From: a candidate division WWE3 bacterium UBA1401 | GTDB taxonomy: Bacteria; Patescibacteriota; WWE3; UBA101185; UBA10185 | Reading direction: 5' to 3' | Assembly (NCBI GenBank): GCA_002305115.1 | Contig: DBQF01000001.1 | Location: 92,447-156,446, forward strand | DNA: 64,000 bases | In this document: one piece after another, positions 1 to 8,934 of the stretch | Layout: each line of letters starts with the position of its first letter | Position numbering within the stretch: position 1 is the stretch's first letter | The notes under the pieces: generated by a model | What the model saw: the letters and a program-made list of their open reading frames with translations, nothing else | Database searches by the model: none | What the model was told of the DNA's origin: nothing | Translations under genes and position numbers: made by a program

Positions 1-31
1 TATATTCATACTTTAATTTTAACACGCCCCC

Positions 32-247
32 TTACTCTTTATGTTCGACTACCTCATTCATCCTCTCTACCATCTCCTCAATTTCCTTGTCTTCTAGCCC
101 ATGAGCCTTTGCGCCATTCTCAATACTATCCGCCCCACTTACAGGGCAGCCAACACAGTGCAAGTCATATTGCAAGAAGATTTCTACAGTTTCCGGATAT
201 TCCTGAATAGTTTCATAGATATTATCTGTCTTTTGAATCTTGTTCAT
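32..247 (-). CDS. DUF1858-family small protein (redox-disulfide CxxC domain)
   Basis: 71 aa ORF; YPETVEIF..LHCVGCP..SIENGAKAHG pattern; last gene of the suf operon. Confidence 0.8.
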   Translation of the reverse strand: MNKIQKTDNIYETIQEYPETVEIFLQYDLHCVGCPVSGADSIENGAKAHGLEDKEIEEMVERMNEVVEHKE

Positions 248-605
248 ATTCCTCCAGTGCCTTTGTTAAGGCCTTTAGCACCAAAGTAGCACATTGTACT
301 CTGCTGGTGCTTAAATTAATATTTACCATTGCTAACAAATCTTTTTTAGTAATACTTCTTACTTCATCAAGACTTTTGCCTACAATATGCTCTGTTAGCA
401 TCTGGGAAGAAATAACACTAATCATACATGCAGGACCATCAAATTTAGCTTCGGTTATGACATCCTTCTCTATTTTTAACTGAAGTTCAATTTCGTCTCC
501 GCAGTATGGATTTTTCTCATCTACAGAAACTGTGGGGTCTTTTATAGCTCCCTTATTATGTGGATTTTTATACAGTTCTAATAATTCTTCTCTATAAATG
601 TCCAT
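222..605 (-). CDS. sufU: SufU/IscU-type Fe-S scaffold or sulfur-transfer protein
   Basis: YREELLELYKNPHNKG, NPYCGD, ACMIS and RVQCA motifs; follows sufS. Confidence 0.9.
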   Translation of the reverse strand: MDIYREELLELYKNPHNKGAIKDPTVSVDEKNPYCGDEIELQLKIEKDVITEAKFDGPACMISVISSQMLTEHIVGKSLDEVRSITKKDLLAMVNINLSTSRVQCATLVLKALTKALEEYEQDSKDR

Positions 606-608
606 ATC

Positions 609-1835
609 TTACCTTAATATTTTTTTAGCTTCGTTTATGGCTTCAACTAATTTATCCAACTCTTCTTTTGTATTGTATAAATACCAGCTTGCTCTGGTTG
701 ACGCGGGTATCTCAAGCTCTTTATGCAAAGGCATTGTGCAGTGGTGCCCGGAGCGTACTGCAATTCCCGCGGAGTTAAGCACGGCGGAAATATCGTGCGG
801 ATGAATTCCCCTTACGGTAAATGCAACCAAACCGGCTCTAGCTTGTGCCTTTTTTGGGCCTAGAATTCGCAGTCCTTCTATAGTAGTTAATTGTCTAAGC
901 GTATGTGCTGTTAATTCCTGTTCGTGATGTTCTATGTTCTGCATTCCTATAGTTTGCACATAATCTATTGCAGCGCCAAGTCCCACCACCCCGGCAATAT
1001 TTGGTGTACCTGCCTCAAATCGGTATGGGATTTCTGCCCATGTAGCACAATTTGGTGAAACTGTATCTATCATGCCCCCGCCAAATACTGTGGGTTCCAT
1101 TGGCTCAAGTAATTCCATTTTTCCCCACAACACTCCTACACCTGTCGGGCCAAGCATTTTGTGTGCAGAGAAGGCATAAAAATCACAGCCTAGACTTTGA
1201 ACATTTACTCGCATATGTGGCGCCGCTTGTGCGCCGTCTACAACTACCTTTGCGCCAACCGCATGTGCCAATTCGCAAATTCTCTTTACGGGAAATATTG
1301 TTCCAAGGACATTTGAAATGTGGGCGATAACAATTAATTTTACGTGTTCTGTGATTTTTGTTTTTAACTCTTCTTCTGTAAGTTCTCCGTTTTCAGTTAA
1401 AGCAAAAAAAGCTAATTTTGCACCGGTTCTTTCTGCTACATTTTGCCAGGGAATAAGGTTACTATGATGTTCCGAAAGGGCTGTTAGAATTATGTCGCCT
1501 TCTTCTAAATAATTTACCGCCCAGCCAAAAGCTACCAGGTTTAAAGCTGCCGTTGCTCCACTCGTAAAAATAGTTTCTTCCGGTTTTCTAGCGCCTAAAA
1601 AATCTGCGGTCTTTTTTCTAGTGTTTTCGTACAGTTGTGTGGCTTCTTCACTTAAGGTGTGTATTCCCCTATGTATGTTTGCGTTGTGGGTTTGATAGTA
1701 GGCTACAATTGCATCAATTACCGCTTGTGGTTTCTGGGAAGTAGCGGCATTATCTAAATATATTAGTGGCTTGCCATCAATCTTACGGTTCAAGATTGGG
1801 AAGTCTTGTCTGATCTTGTTTACATCAAAGCTCAT
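609..1835 (-). CDS. sufS: Cysteine desulfurase SufS
   Basis: YLDNAATSQKP, SAHKMLGPTG (PLP Lys), RSGHHC (catalytic Cys). Confidence 0.97.
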   Translation of the reverse strand: MSFDVNKIRQDFPILNRKIDGKPLIYLDNAATSQKPQAVIDAIVAYYQTHNANIHRGIHTLSEEATQLYENTRKKTADFLGARKPEETIFTSGATAALNLVAFGWAVNYLEEGDIILTALSEHHSNLIPWQNVAERTGAKLAFFALTENGELTEEELKTKITEHVKLIVIAHISNVLGTIFPVKRICELAHAVGAKVVVDGAQAAPHMRVNVQSLGCDFYAFSAHKMLGPTGVGVLWGKMELLEPMEPTVFGGGMIDTVSPNCATWAEIPYRFEAGTPNIAGVVGLGAAIDYVQTIGMQNIEHHEQELTAHTLRQLTTIEGLRILGPKKAQARAGLVAFTVRGIHPHDISAVLNSAGIAVRSGHHCTMPLHKELEIPASTRASWYLYNTKEELDKLVEAINEAKKILR

Positions 1836-2373
1836 ACGCTTTTTTCACTCTGTCGCGTATTGTAGCATCTTTTATGCTGTTAAGAGACTCTTCGTAGAAG
1901 CCTTCCAGAATAAGTGTTTGAGCTTCCTTTGATGATAAACCCCTGCTTTGAAGATATGCCAGCTCTTTTGGGTCTACAGGCGTTATTAGCGCCTTGTGTG
2001 TAACTTGGGCGTTTTGTGTTTTAAGCTCTAGAGTTGGTTTAGATACAGCAGTAAAACCCTTACCTAGAGCTAAAACTTTATGGGCAATTTCTGCTTGTCC
2101 CCCTTGTGCAGTGGCTTCAATAATAACCTTACCGGTAAACACAGCTTTATTGCTCGTTACAGTTTCGCTTACTTTTATATTACTTCTGGTATTACTGGCC
2201 TTGTGAATGACCTCAATGGCTAGTTCTATATCTGTGCTTTTCGCAATACATACAATTTCTGTGGCTAAGTTTTCTTTTTCCAGAACAAAAGTATAGTCTC
2301 CAGATTGAGTAATAACATATTGGCAGTTTTCGGTTGGTGTGTATGTTCCGCTAGTAATTTGTTCTATCTTCAC
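1825..2373 (-). CDS. sufD: Short SufD-family Fe-S assembly protein
   Basis: C-terminal UPF0051 features (PTLEL, THKA, LAYLQSRGLS..EA..LILEGF); operon context. Confidence 0.85.
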   Translation of the reverse strand: MKIEQITSGTYTPTENCQYVITQSGDYTFVLEKENLATEIVCIAKSTDIELAIEVIHKASNTRSNIKVSETVTSNKAVFTGKVIIEATAQGGQAEIAHKVLALGKGFTAVSKPTLELKTQNAQVTHKALITPVDPKELAYLQSRGLSSKEAQTLILEGFYEESLNSIKDATIRDRVKKAYEL

Positions 2374-3695
2374 TTTGTTATCTCCGTGTTAAGCAGCTGA
2401 TTAAATTCAAGCGCGTATTCAATTGGCAGCTTTGTTATCACTGGCTCGATAAATGCCCCAATCAGGAGTTTTTCGGCCTCAGGCTTGGTGAGCCCTCTAC
2501 TTTGCAGGTATGCAAGCTTGGTTTCTTCTAATTTACCTGCACTGGTTTCTTGTTGTACTTGCCCTGTCTGTTCCGAAGACTTGATAGTTGGATACGAGGC
2601 ATAGTAAGACTTGTCATCTAGTATTAAGCCATCGCATTTCAAACTGCCTTTTGATTGTGTGGCGTTTTCGCTAATAGTTATGCTCCCCTTAAAGGTACTG
2701 CTGCCCCCGTCTTTCACTAAACATTTGGATACAATAGTGGAAGTAGTGTTTGGCGCTTTGTGCAACATGTTGGCTCCGGTTTCCAGAGCCTGTTGTTTTC
2801 CCGCATAAGCTACCGAAAGCATTTCACCATGTGCGCCCTGTTCTAGCAATTCGCACGTTGGGTATTTCATAGTAACTCCCGAGCCTATATTGCCATCCGT
2901 CCATTCCATAGAAGCGTTTTTGTATACAACGGCTCGTTTTGTAGAGAGGTTAAATACATTTTTAGACCAATTTTGAATAGTAGTATATTTTGCTCTGGCA
3001 CCTTTTTTTACTACAATTTCGCCAACTCCCGCGTGTAGGGCGCTTTCGGAATAAGTGGGTGCAGTGCAGCCTTCTATGTAGTGTACATAGCTATCTTCTT
3101 CCAAAACTATCAGGGTTCTCTCAAATTGGCCTAATTTTCTGGCATTTATTCTGAAAAACGCCTGTAAGGGTCTTGTTACTTGGATGCCTTTGGGAATATA
3201 CACAAATGATCCGCCAGACCACATTGCGCTGTTTAACGCCGCGAATTTGTTATTTTGAGGAGGTACTATTTTGCCAAAATATTCCCTAAATATGTCTGGA
3301 AACTCTTCAAGTGCGGTGTCTGTATCTAAAAAAACTACTCCTTGTTGCTCTAGTTCTTTATTTAGTGATTCGTACAACACATTTGAATCAACTTGGGTCT
3401 CTACTCCGGCTAAAATTTCCTGCTCTGCTTTGGGAATGCCCAGTTTGTCAAAAGTTGCTTTTATGTCTGCCGGAACTTCTTCCCAGGTACGTTTTTTTGT
3501 TTGTTCCGGCACAACATAGTAGGTGATGTCCTCCAAGTTTAGGTTAGCTAGTTGAGGAATATGTGAGGGGGTTGTAAGTTGTTGAAATGTTCTGAAAGCT
3601 GCTAATCTGAATTCCGTCATCCAGCCTGGTTCCTGCTTTAGCCTAGATATCTCAAGTACAGTTTGTTCTGTTACCCCTTTACTAAAGCTTTGCAT
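2370..3695 (-). CDS. sufB: Fe-S cluster assembly protein SufB
   Basis: GQFERTLI, YIEGCTAP, LHAGVGE, GSGVTMKYP, YLQSRGL, LPIEYALE. Confidence 0.96.
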   Translation of the reverse strand: MQSFSKGVTEQTVLEISRLKQEPGWMTEFRLAAFRTFQQLTTPSHIPQLANLNLEDITYYVVPEQTKKRTWEEVPADIKATFDKLGIPKAEQEILAGVETQVDSNVLYESLNKELEQQGVVFLDTDTALEEFPDIFREYFGKIVPPQNNKFAALNSAMWSGGSFVYIPKGIQVTRPLQAFFRINARKLGQFERTLIVLEEDSYVHYIEGCTAPTYSESALHAGVGEIVVKKGARAKYTTIQNWSKNVFNLSTKRAVVYKNASMEWTDGNIGSGVTMKYPTCELLEQGAHGEMLSVAYAGKQQALETGANMLHKAPNTTSTIVSKCLVKDGGSSTFKGSITISENATQSKGSLKCDGLILDDKSYYASYPTIKSSEQTGQVQQETSAGKLEETKLAYLQSRGLTKPEAEKLLIGAFIEPVITKLPIEYALEFNQLLNTEITK

Positions 3696-4398
3696 ACCCG
3701 GTTTTTATAAGTTCCTCCAAAATCTCTTTGCCGTTTGATTTTACAATCTTGCCTAGTTTTAGTATGTGCACTTTGGTTATGGGAAGGTAGTCTGCTACTT
3801 TTGCCAAGTGTGAAATAACGATAATTGCCATATTGGTTTCTTTTTGCAGGTTAGTTATGGCTGTAGTTACTGTTTGTAAGGCATCTATATCCAGCCCGCT
3901 ATCCAGTTCGTCTAGAATAGCCAATTTTGGTTTTAGTAGCAGCAGTTGCAAGGTTTCCAGCTTTTTCTTTTCCCCGCCGGAAAAATCCTCATTCAAGTTT
4001 CTTTCCAGAATAGTTTCATTTAAGTGTAATTTTTCCAGGTAAATTTTTAGATCTAGCAATTCCAGCTCTTTTCTGTGCTTCTTGTTATAGATAGTGCGTA
4101 AGTAGCTAAATATGTTTACTCCCGGGATTTCAGGAGGGTTTTGGAAGGCTAAAAATATGCCAAGTTCTGCTCTTTCCGCTGCTGTAAGCTTGGTGATCTC
4201 GTTGTCTTCAAAACTAATTTCGCCTGTTACTTTAGCAGTGATGTTTCCCATAATGGTTTGGGCTAGGGAAGTTTTACCACTGCCGTTTGGCCCCATAATC
4301 AAGTGAGTTTCCCCTTGGTCAATTGCAAGATTGATACCATCTAGGATGGGCTGAACGTTTGTTGTAGCTGTTAAGTTTTTTATGGTTAGAAGTGCCAT
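3682..4398 (-). CDS. sufC: Fe-S cluster assembly ATPase SufC
   Basis: GPNGSGKT, AFQNPPEIPGV, FSGGEKKK, ILDELDSGLDIDAL. Confidence 0.96.
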   Translation of the reverse strand: MALLTIKNLTATTNVQPILDGINLAIDQGETHLIMGPNGSGKTSLAQTIMGNITAKVTGEISFEDNEITKLTAAERAELGIFLAFQNPPEIPGVNIFSYLRTIYNKKHRKELELLDLKIYLEKLHLNETILERNLNEDFSGGEKKKLETLQLLLLKPKLAILDELDSGLDIDALQTVTTAITNLQKETNMAIIVISHLAKVADYLPITKVHILKLGKIVKSNGKEILEELIKTGYAKL

Positions 4399-4431
4399 TT
4401 GAGTGGATGCTACTTTAGCTTGGGGTGTTTG

Positions 4432-7400
4432 TCAAAAGATATATTCCGGATGGGGATCTGGAGATTTTACAATAGAATTAAGTTGCAAAATTGTATCCTC
4501 TGTACCAATTTCGCCCATGCCTACATTACCTTCTCCTTGGTATCTGTTGTCTGTTTCTGTGTCTGTAGCATAACTGTCTGTTGCAATAATGTTTTTTTCC
4601 AGTACTCTATCCTGGTAAGGGTTATTTAGCAGTTGTGTAAAGTAGGCTACTCCAACCATACTTGCGGGGCTTTTTACTGTTAAGTCGTTCTCTACTTTAT
4701 GTACAATGTTGAATTCTGGTGCACATTTGTAGCCATCACCCACAACATTTCTAAGATAACAGTTATTGTCAATTGTGCATGTATCATACGCAGGGATTAT
4801 TCCCATATTTCTGCCGGGAAAGTTTGCACATAGATTACAGTCTACTGGATTCCCCGGGGTGTCAGCATAACAGGTTGGTGAGTCACAGACGCAATCGTCA
4901 TCACTTCTACTATTTCCTGGATCATAACAGCCCGACACAGGTATCCATTGGTAATCGAAACACTCATTGTCTCCTTCCTCTGGAGTTCCTTGATTGTAGT
5001 TAGTGTTGTTGACTGTAAATAAAGACCAGACATTACGGAAGAACCTATGAAAAAGACTATCACTAATTATTTGATAATCATCTCCATAAACATTTAGCAT
5101 ATTTTCGTCTTGTTCGTCTTCATCTACCATAAAGTACTTGTAGTATGGGTCAAATACACCACCTCTTGCTATATTACCTGCTGCGCGTACATCAGAAAAT
5201 ACCTGTCTCACTCCGTTAGTAATAGGATACTCGGCTTCTGGGTCTACAATAGCATCGTGCGAACACATTAACTCCATAACACCTATGTTGTAGAATACCT
5301 GCTTATATGCAAAGTTTGCTAATTCCCCATTGATGGATGGCATCGTTGCATTCTGAGCCGCAACCCTTTCGTTCATATCCGCATATGGTGATGCTATACC
5401 GTCCGAGAGAGGAATTGTTCCCATATAGTGGCTGCTCGCTCTATCTCCAGTTCCTGTAGACCAAGTGAAGGCTGGAACTGTTACACTTCGCTGTGCCGCC
5501 CACGCTTTTCCGTCATTATCTGGGTCTGCCTTATAATTGTGTTCCCCCTCGACTGTAAGCTTCACATCATTTAGAAGTCCTTCTGGGTGTTCATAAGAAT
5601 CTTGTGACCTTACCACATTGGTAAGTTCTACTGGCCCTTCAAAGTATATATAGCTTGGTTCCCAGTATATGTTAGACAGTTTGTAAGTCTTAGTTACTCC
5701 CGGTTCCTTACACGAGTCGGGGGGTTCTACTTCACCAAAGAGAATTTCTTCATTTGAGTCTGTTATACAGTAAGGCAGCTCCCACGCACGTGGGTTACTA
5801 TGATAAGCAACACATATGTTATTTGGATCGGTTTCTGGATTATCCGGGTCTTGATATTTACCCGGACTCATAAGTCCCAGGCCCACTCCAAATGCTATCT
5901 GTTGGTTTAGTGAGCTATGTGGGTTATAGCCTTTTTTTGAGTCCACAATTGATTGGCAAGTTCTAAGCTCCTGTTGTATCTGTTCACCTTCATTTCTAGG
6001 CGCGTGTTCTACGGGGTTACATCTAATTATGGCGCATATACCTTCTCTAGTGGAGGCAACCAGCGATTTACCCACATTTTTAGTATCACTTCGGCCTTCC
6101 GGCCTTTCCTCCTTTTTTGCGAGTGTTCTTTCTTTTATTCCATCGTCCTCATCCTTAATAGTACTAAAATCTTGATCTATATTGCGCCTCCCCAAGTACT
6201 GTGTGTCCGTAAACGTTAGGTCAATAGTTGTTGTTATTCGTTCTATAAAGGTTTTACCAATATTAGGATCTGCATCTTTTGCACAAACTACTCTATCTGA
6301 CACATCTCTACTTATGTAAAAAGCTTCTTCCGGGCACTCGGGGTGCATCTGCCCATTGCCATCTATCGCAGGCCGCATGTTTGGAATTGTTCTAAAGTCT
6401 GCAGATGCGAGCAATGTTTCAGTGTCTACTTGTTTTGGCAGAGGCAATAACAATTCCTCTTCCGGGAAGTGGTTAAATTGGGCGTATTCTGTTGATAGCT
6501 TTGCCCCCAAATCCGCAAGTGTCATGCCTACTGGTACTATGGTGCCTCCAACATAGTTCATGCCTTCATAAAAGGTTACGATGACAGAACTAGGTATGCC
6601 AGCAGTACTGCTTATAAAGTGTTGCCCGGGTGTGTAATTAAAGTGTAGCTCATATAAACCTTTTTCATCTGTAGTGTCAGAAGTTATGTACCCCGTTATA
6701 GCTGTACCTAGGGTGCCAAATTTGTTTTTACCACTATATGCACACACAGTTAAGCCTTCAACAGGTTCATTGGTAAGATCTATAGTTGATCCTCTAATAT
6801 TTCTAGTAGTAATTCTGCTGCTAGTTACTTTGCCTACAAGTGTTCGTGGCCCAGGAGTACCGGAGTCACACCCACACTCTGGGGTTGCCCAGCATTCTGT
6901 TAAGGGTTCATTAGGCCCAAGAATTATTAGCACGTTTTTTTTGCCAGCTTTAGCAACATCCCTGTCAACTTCCACTATAAATTCTGCTAAAGTTGCTGGA
7001 TTTTCAAATCCTCCTCCATCCATTCCCACACCAAGTCTTATTACGGGTGTCAGGTTTCTATCGTGTGCTGCCCTAACACCATTAAGTACAGCGCTTCTGT
7101 CGTCATTTTTTGCAATTTCCAGTATATATCCCATACTTGCAGAACTTGCATCATCATATAATTCTGATGTTGAAGACATGAAAAATCTGCCTGAATTGGC
7201 TCCTATTTGCCCGCTATTTCCTCCAGATGTTAGTGCCCCACTAACTTGTGCAGGGTCTCCCCTGTTTCTATCTGGAATATACGATGGATGTGCATGCTTA
7301 ACAAAGTCTGGATTATTATTGAAAATATTGAATAAAATGCCTGCATTGTTTGTTGACCCTCTTAGAAATTCTGCAAGCTCGCCCTTTACTGCTTCCATTA

Positions 7401-7824
7401 TTTCAGGTGTGGCGTCTCCTGGATACCATCCTGTTTCTGTTAGAACTATTGGTTTTCCGTAAGTGTTGGGAATACGATTAAGCCAGTATTGGATGGGCAG
7501 ATTGTGATCCGTATGATGATAGGCATTGCCCGCTATAGCATAAAAATTATTAGCAATGCTTCTTCCTGCGGTGTTTCCCATTGCGTCTGCAAAGGTTTGA
7601 TAGAATAAAGGAAAATCCGGATGTGACATATTGAATGCGGGTGTTAGATACCTTACATAAGTAACCCCTCCGAGTCCATTCACATTTGTTATTACTTGGT
7701 TTACATAGGAAGCTAAGGCCGGTCCAATACAATCCACGTTTTGCGCGTAACTTCTTTTGGGAAAAACCCCCACCAACAGCATCAACACTAAAGCAGGCAA
7801 GACTCTTCTGGAAAGTTGTCTCAT
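4432..7824 (-). CDS. Large secreted/surface protein (1130 aa) with an N-terminal glycoside-hydrolase-like barrel and a Cys-rich C-terminal region
   Basis: Signal peptide (..SYA/Q); PIVLTETGW and IILGPNEP motifs; clustered Cys near the C-terminus. Confidence 0.65.
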   Translation of the reverse strand: MRQLSRRVLPALVLMLLVGVFPKRSYAQNVDCIGPALASYVNQVITNVNGLGGVTYVRYLTPAFNMSHPDFPLFYQTFADAMGNTAGRSIANNFYAIAGNAYHHTDHNLPIQYWLNRIPNTYGKPIVLTETGWYPGDATPEIMEAVKGELAEFLRGSTNNAGILFNIFNNNPDFVKHAHPSYIPDRNRGDPAQVSGALTSGGNSGQIGANSGRFFMSSTSELYDDASSASMGYILEIAKNDDRSAVLNGVRAAHDRNLTPVIRLGVGMDGGGFENPATLAEFIVEVDRDVAKAGKKNVLIILGPNEPLTECWATPECGCDSGTPGPRTLVGKVTSSRITTRNIRGSTIDLTNEPVEGLTVCAYSGKNKFGTLGTAITGYITSDTTDEKGLYELHFNYTPGQHFISSTAGIPSSVIVTFYEGMNYVGGTIVPVGMTLADLGAKLSTEYAQFNHFPEEELLLPLPKQVDTETLLASADFRTIPNMRPAIDGNGQMHPECPEEAFYISRDVSDRVVCAKDADPNIGKTFIERITTTIDLTFTDTQYLGRRNIDQDFSTIKDEDDGIKERTLAKKEERPEGRSDTKNVGKSLVASTREGICAIIRCNPVEHAPRNEGEQIQQELRTCQSIVDSKKGYNPHSSLNQQIAFGVGLGLMSPGKYQDPDNPETDPNNICVAYHSNPRAWELPYCITDSNEEILFGEVEPPDSCKEPGVTKTYKLSNIYWEPSYIYFEGPVELTNVVRSQDSYEHPEGLLNDVKLTVEGEHNYKADPDNDGKAWAAQRSVTVPAFTWSTGTGDRASSHYMGTIPLSDGIASPYADMNERVAAQNATMPSINGELANFAYKQVFYNIGVMELMCSHDAIVDPEAEYPITNGVRQVFSDVRAAGNIARGGVFDPYYKYFMVDEDEQDENMLNVYGDDYQIISDSLFHRFFRNVWSLFTVNNTNYNQGTPEEGDNECFDYQWIPVSGCYDPGNSRSDDDCVCDSPTCYADTPGNPVDCNLCANFPGRNMGIIPAYDTCTIDNNCYLRNVVGDGYKCAPEFNIVHKVENDLTVKSPASMVGVAYFTQLLNNPYQDRVLEKNIIATDSYATDTETDNRYQGEGNVGMGEIGTEDTILQLNSIVKSPDPHPEYIF

Positions 7825-7867
7825 ACTACCTAATTATAGCAAATAACGGCTCTGCTATAATAAGCTT

Positions 7868-8716
7868 ATGTCTAAACTAAAAGCCTTTTTATATATCTTC
7901 TATAAGAGCTTAACTTCACCAAAATACTATGCCGATGTAGTTAAGACCCACCTTTCGCTTTCCATGAAATATTTCTTTACGTTAACACTTCTTGCCTCCA
8001 TTGGTGCTTCTATCTATGTTACTGTCCCTCTAGTTCCCAAAGTACAGTCTGCCATTAAACAAGGCACAACTATGGTTTTGGATACATTTGAAGATGATCT
8101 TGTGATTACAGTTAAAGAGGGCGAGTTGTCTATCAACAAGCCTGAGCCTTATATTATTCCATTGCCTGAAAAAGCATCTACGGATCTGGAAGGAGTTCCG
8201 GAAAGTCTTATTGTGTTCGATTCTGACGGCACACTTGATGATTTTGAGAATACTTATGACACGCTAGTGTTAGTTAATTCGGTGAATATGCTAATGAAAG
8301 ATGATACAGGCATTAGGGTAGAGTCGCTTAAGCAATTACCGGATGGTCAACTTACTAAGGCCGATTTGAGGGAAGTTGCTGCCGCAGTTGAACCCCTTAC
8401 GAAGTACGTGCCTTTTGTACTGGGCGTGTTTGTGTTTATTGGTATTGCGTTTTCTTATATGGTATTTAATTTGGTACATTTGTTATTTGTAGCGCTAATA
8501 TTGTTTCTTATTGGAAAATCCCGCCGCATGCAGTTGGTGTTCTCCGATTATTATCAGATCGCTATCCATACGTTTACGTTACCGTTTATTCTGCAGTTGT
8601 TCGCAAATGCATTTAAAGTTGATGTGCCGTTTGCATCCTGGTTTTTGGTAACAAATCTGGCTTTTGCGTTTCTGATGATGCTGAAGATGGGTACCTCAGC
8701 GGAAGTTTCCGAATAA
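7868..8716 (+). CDS. DUF1189-like membrane protein
   Basis: 282 aa; N-terminal TM segment, soluble region, about 4 C-terminal TM segments; TATAAT 6 nt upstream of ATG. Confidence 0.6.
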   Translation: MSKLKAFLYIFYKSLTSPKYYADVVKTHLSLSMKYFFTLTLLASIGASIYVTVPLVPKVQSAIKQGTTMVLDTFEDDLVITVKEGELSINKPEPYIIPLPEKASTDLEGVPESLIVFDSDGTLDDFENTYDTLVLVNSVNMLMKDDTGIRVESLKQLPDGQLTKADLREVAAAVEPLTKYVPFVLGVFVFIGIAFSYMVFNLVHLLFVALILFLIGKSRRMQLVFSDYYQIAIHTFTLPFILQLFANAFKVDVPFASWFLVTNLAFAFLMMLKMGTSAEVSE

Positions 8717-8859
8717 TGATTTGGTTTCAATTGAACTTGGGGTGATTGTGTGGTAATTTTCTTTTGTGTTCCGCCTCCTCCTCTTTGGCGACTATGATGT
8801 AGCATATCAGCCTATATGCTAAGGTGTCGAAGTTTGAAAATTTAGATAGTCTTTTTTAT

Positions 8860-8934
8860 TCCCCTGTAGCTCAATGGTAGAGCAGGAAGCTGTTAACTTC
8901 AAGGTTAGTGGTTCGAATCCACTCGGGGGAGCCA
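8860..8934 (+). tRNA. tRNA-Asn (GTT) with encoded CCA
   Basis: TCCCCTG/CGGGGGA acceptor stem, GAAG-CT-GTT-AA-CTTC anticodon arm, GGTTCGAATCC T-arm. Confidence 0.97.
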
